64,000 bases of DNA. Source: Camelus dromedarius. Its lineage: Eukaryota. The stretch lies in the NCBI RefSeq assembly GCF_036321535.1, contig NC_087436.1:20028001-20092000 (forward strand), in the 5' to 3' direction. Shown one piece after another: positions 58,964 to 64,000 of this stretch. The stretch's first letter is position 1; each line of letters opens with the position of its first letter. Position numbers and translations under genes: made by a program. Under the pieces are notes generated by a model that saw nothing but the letters and a program-made list of their open reading frames with translations, was not told where the DNA came from and searched no databases.

Positions 58964-60830
58964 TTTGTCTGTAACTGGAGAAAACACTGGATTTTTTTGG
59001 GTTCAATGTGATTTGTGACTCCCTAAAAGAAAGGAAAACACATTTTTGCCAGTTCAACATACAACTAAGTTTCTGAAGTAATAAAACCGTAAGCTTAGTG
59101 TTTTCCCGAGATTCTAAACCACACATAATCAGGGTTTTTGGTAGTCCCAATGTGTGAGAGTTTCTTACCAAACCTGACAGAGAAGACTCCCTCCTTGTCC
59201 ATAGTTAACATTCAGATTAACCCAAATCGTGAAATTTTTGCTCTGCTGTGAAGTGCAGCTAAAGTTAAGTGCACAGTAAAATCTTCTAACCAAAACCAAC
59301 ACAAAAACCAAAACCAAAACCAATATAACAAAACAAACAAAGTAAAATCCCAAACCATCAGGGTAGAAATTTCACGTCATGCTTATTCTCTTCTGTCTGT
59401 GGACATTACATTCACTGTAACAATTTCCTCAGATCAAATATGCCCTATTCTGAAGCTTATTCAAAAGTTTAAAAAAAAAATCCCTCTGATGTTGGCCTTT
59501 TATTCATTCTCCACAAAAGAAAGGTGATTAGTAATGCAGGTGTTGAGGCGTAAGTTTAGATCCACCTGTGTGTTCAACAGACTCATCTGGAACACAGACA
59601 TAGGTGAAGCATGGCCTAACATAAGCACACAAACCACCATCACCACCACCGCCCCAAGCCCTCACGCAAAATGAACTGTGAGGACTGTTGGGTCCAGCTC
59701 AGTGTATCTCAAAGTCAGATATCACCCGGGTGCTTACTAAAAGGGCATATTCCCAGGCCCAGGAATCAGAATCTCTGAGGGCAAGTACAGTCCAGTTTGA
59801 ACCACTGTGGAATGGGATGCGGGTCCTTTCCTTACATTCACTGATCTTCTCCACTTCAAACTGTATTAGACAATGAAAGCTGACGGGGTCCTCTGGGAGT
59901 CAGGGGGGTGCTGAGGTCACAAGGCATGGCCACTCTGAGTCTCCGCCACTTAAGCTATAATGACCTTGGGCGAGTTATTTAACCACCCTGTGCCTTGGCC
60001 TCCTCTGAGTTAAGAGAACAGGTAAGAGACTAGGACAGCTGTGAGAAAAGATGTGTTAATTCATATAAAAAGCCTGGGACGGTAACCAGAGTAGAGTAGG
60101 AGCTCAGTAAATACGAGCTTTTCTTCCTACGACGCCAGTTTATAAAACTTCAGTAAAAAATCAGATCACAGACCTAGCTTCCAATGGCAAACTAAAATTT
60201 ACAGACAAATAATACATATAACCTACCAAGTCTGTGTTTATGATTATTGGAAAATTCTGGTTTTCAAGTACCTTGTAGCACAATGAAATAAATTACCTTA
60301 GTGCTCCAAAATACCTCTTAAATTGTATTCCAAGGCCAGCACAAAATTAACTTTAGCTAAGTAAGTCTATTAGGAAAAAGAAAAAATGTTCTAAGATTTT
60401 TTGTTGTTGTTGTTAGAACTATAACTGCTCATCATTTTTCAATTTTGGGGGGCGGTGGGGGTCATTATGACCTCTATCTATATAAAATTCGTCTTATTCT
60501 AAAAGGACAATTTATTTGCAAATGTTTCTAAAAAACAGTTTAAAAACATCCATTACCACCCTTCACACAAACACACAAAAAGACATTCAAAACAAACAAG
60601 CAAACAAAAGAGGCGCTCTATTCTGGAAGCTCTCGTTGGATACCATCTTCGAACACACTTCTCATCCACACCGTCACCACTGGCCACCAGGCTGGAAGCT
60701 CATGGGGAAGGCTATTTCCTGAGCATGTTCCACTTCCCAGGTCCCAGGGCTGCAAGAGTAACAGTGGTGACAATGCTTTCTGACGGTGATGACAATGATA
60801 CCAAGTTCCAGTCACTGTACTGTAAACATC

Positions 60831-61439
60831 TGCATGAGTTTCCTTTTTTAATTTTTTTTGTTGGGGAGGGAGGTAATTAGGTTTATTTATTTCTTTTATT
60901 TAATGGAGGCACTGGGGATTGAACCCAGGACCTCATGCATGCTGAGCATGCGCTCTACCACTGAGCTCTACCCTCCCCCCATGTTAGTTTTCTATGGCTG
61001 CTGTGACAAATCACAACAAACTTGGTCGATTAAAACAACCACACACTTGGTGGATTAAAACAGAAACATATCCTCTCAGGGTTCTGATGGCTGGGGGTCA
61101 GAAATCAAACTGTAAGCAGGGCAGCGCTCCCTCTGAAGACTCTGGGAGAGGATCCTTCCCTGCCCCTCCCAGCTTCTGGGGGCACAGGGGCTCCTCGGCT
61201 CAGGGCTGCATAACTCCCATCTCTGCCTCCTGGCCCTGGCCTACTCTTCTCTTTGTGCCTCTCCTTGGTGCGGACATTTGTCGTTGAATTGGGCTCATTC
61301 AGATAATCCAAGATGATCTCATCTCAAGATCCTTAATTACATCTGCAGAGACCCTTTTTCCAAATAAAGTCACATTCGCAAATTCCAGGGATTATGACAT
61401 GAACATATCTTTTTGGAGGTCATCATCCAATCCACTACA
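60831..61439 (-). mobile_element. MaLR solo LTR (MLT1-type) interrupted by a SINE
   Basis: Homologous to 39824-40292; TG...CA termini; 5 bp TSD ACATC/CCATC. Confidence 0.85.
60845..60980 (-). mobile_element. tRNA-Ala-derived SINE (Vic-1-like) nested in an MLT1 LTR
   Basis: Same consensus as the 21.3 kb and 39.5 kb copies; interrupts the end of the MaLR LTR. Confidence 0.87.
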
Positions 61440-62714
61440 CCATCTTAGGTGGACTGCCTCATTATCTTACCCTAAATAACATAATCCAGCATGTCAACAG
61501 CTCACAGAATAATAAACACCATGTGCAAAGAAAGAACCATGTGCCATGGGGACAGACAAGATTACAGAAACTAAGTCTCCTGGGGGAGTAGAAGGTTCAA
61601 GTTATGGGGGAGTTGATGTCAGGGCTGGGTCTGAAAGGCTGAACAAAGCTGAAGAAAGATGAGGTGGGTTTTCTAGGCTGAGGACACACTTGTATAGAGG
61701 CTGAGTTGAGACTTGGTCTCTCCCTGCCAATCACAGAAGATTGAGAAATTCAGTGAGGCAGAAACCTGGCGCGTATCCATGGAACTAGTGACAGGAAATG
61801 AGGCCGGGATCAGGATGTACGCTGAGGCTAAGGGAATAGATGCTGTCTTGCTGGCAGTGGAGAAACGACAGAGATCTTCACAGAGGCAAGTGACCTGATC
61901 AACTTCGGTCCTGGGGAGATAACACAAGGAGCAGTGCCGAGAAGCCAAGAGTGATCAGACCCTGGTGACACCCAGCCCAGCTGACAAAACCCCAGCAAAG
62001 ACCCAAAGGACGCGGTGAGGACCAGGACCAAGACAAGGCATTAAGAAACGGGAAAAAGAACTTAAGTTCAAGACCCTCTTGTCCATGTTAAGGATGCTCA
62101 AACCTTGGCATGGAGCCTGGCATGTTGCAATTATTCCCCCAAAATACTAACCTGCACTTATTTTATTGACTCAGGACTTTATGAACCATTTTCAAATACT
62201 TTATGTCATTTTACCCCCCCAGAAAATTCCATGAGGACAACTGGACAGTTATTATTATTCTCATTTAATGAGGGGAAACCAAGAGTGAGTTAGATGACTA
62301 TAGTCAGAGCCAGGGGCAGGGCCAGGACTCAGATCTATTACCTCTTGGTGGCATTTTTTTCTTAATAAATTGTTTCAGAATAAAGGAGCAGTCATTCCTC
62401 TAGCTAAAAGAGAAACAGATATTAGTAACTGGTCCTCCCAGAGCAGTAAGAAGCAGTGATGGTGGCAGCATTAAGAGCCAAAGAACTGAGAAAGAGGAAA
62501 TGTTGACCAGGACACAGAACATTCTGATTACTAACCTAGTCCTTTTCTCCCTCAGGGGAGATGTTATCACATGTAGCCTAAGAAAAAATGAGAATTACTT
62601 AAAATATGCCCTTTAATTAAGTCTTACCATGACTACCTCTTGTTATCCAACAAAGCTATGTTCAAAAAAAGAGCAAAGTAATATATTGAGAAAGGAGAGA
62701 GAAACAAGGTTATA

Positions 62715-63470
62715 AAACATTCGTTCAACAAATATTTGAGCATTTACTCTGTGCCACATGATAGTCTAGCACTGGGGATGCAATGATGATCAAATTGAAC
62801 AAAAGTTCTTGCCCCCATGGAGCTAACATCCTAGTAAAGGAAGACAGACACCAGACATGTAAATAAGGAGGCCAGTGTGGCTGGACGTGAATGAGCAAGA
62901 AGGAAAGTGTGAGAGAGAAGGCCAGAGAGGGGAACAGACAGAGGGCCTTAGAGAGGACTGGAAGGACTGACTGTGAGTGAGATGGGCAGCCAAGGGACAG
63001 AGGAGAACCTGATGGACTTCTGTTTTAGAGGGATCTTGTGGGATACAAGAACAGAAATGGGGAGAGCAGCTAAGAGATTACTGCAATAATGCAGATGAGA
63101 GATGATAATGACTCGGATTGGGGAGGGGGGTAGTATTAGATCAGATTCTGGATGAATTCTGGAGGACCTGCTAATAAACGAGATGTGAGTTGTATCCTGA
63201 GCCACGGTCGAGATGGAGCTGCCCTTTAATGAGCGGGGGAAGACTGTGGGAGGTGAGGTCTGAGGTAAGGTCGGGCATTTAGTTTCAGACACATTAAGCT
63301 TAAGAGGCCTACTAAATATTCAAGTGGGATCTGGAGTAGGCAGTTGCATTTATCAGTCTCAGGAAGAGGTCAGAGTTGACGTATACATTTAAGAATCACC
63401 GGTGTTCAGGTGTCATTTAAATCCAAGAGACCAAATGAGATTACCAAAGGAGCACCTGGAGATAAAGAGG
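62715..63470 (-). mobile_element. L2 LINE fragment
   Basis: CATTCGTTCAACAAATATTTGAGCATTTACTCTGTGCCA... followed by purine-rich L2 body. Confidence 0.75.
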
Positions 63471-63628
63471 GCTGACTCCATTTTTCATAAAATTTTACAC
63501 ACACACCCGGAAGGAATACATTTGTGAAAGTGTTAACTTTGTCTATGGATGAGTGATATTATGGTGCTTATACATTGTGCTTTGGCTGATCATTCTTTTT
63601 CTGATTTTTAAAAAGCATCATATGTTAC

Positions 63629-64000
63629 TGTGGTAGGCAGATTCATGGCCCCACGAAGATGTCCACATCCTAACCCTTGGAACCTGTGAATATGTTATGT
63701 TACATGGCAGAGGGGAATTAAAAGTTGCAGATGGAATTAAGGTTGCTAATCAGCTGACCTTAAGGTAAAAGGAGTATCCTGGATTATGCAGGTGGACCCA
63801 ATGTCATTAGCAAGGTCCTTTATAATGGGAGAGGGAGGTGGCAAAGAAGAGCAGAGTGATGCCAGGCGAGGAGGACTCAATCCACCCTTGCTGGCTTTGA
63901 AGAAGGAGTAAAAGGGCCGTGAGCCACGGAGTGCAGGCAGCCTGTAAAAGCTGCAAAAGACAACAAAATGGATTGTCCCCGAGAGCTGCCAGGATTGAAG
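63629..64000 (+). mobile_element. MaLR LTR (MLT1D-like), runs off the window
   Basis: TGTGGTAGGCAGA...GAACCTGTGAATATGTTA...GCAGATGGAATTAAGGTTGCTAATCAGCTGACCTTAA. Confidence 0.85.

Noticed and set aside
59023..64000. MMAA first exon and promoter
   Set aside because: No CpG island or promoter-like sequence; the region is repeat-rich intron

Overview
Mammalian genomic DNA, most likely a camelid: three copies of a tRNA-Ala-derived SINE resemble the camelid Vic-1 family, and there are artiodactyl-type L1 3' ends. Two spliced protein-coding genes can be rebuilt by hand on the minus strand. MMAA has six coding exons (58963-47994, 420 aa, mitochondrial cobalamin-pathway GTPase); its non-coding first exon was not found and probably lies beyond the right edge. 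A C4orf51 orthologue has six coding exons (32819-10800, 191 aa). All 10 introns between coding exons are GT-AG and all phases join into open reading frames. The rest is intronic or intergenic DNA full of L1, L2, MIR, MaLR/ERV LTRs and Tigger-type elements. Almost all ORFs in the supplied track are chance ORFs. I cannot establish a new biological system here. The best leads are: (1) C4orf51 has a palindromic RFX X-box in its promoter and a Mn-like TTYxxxY motif, suggesting a sperm or ciliary microtubule protein; (2) an orphan CpG island with G4 motifs abuts the C4orf51 3' end; (3) an unexplained diverged ~150 bp duplication at 2.6/3.3 kb; (4) a rare GAG splice acceptor and a CpG-rich hairpin in MMAA. 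Repeat family names and human/mouse comparisons come from recall, not from a database search.
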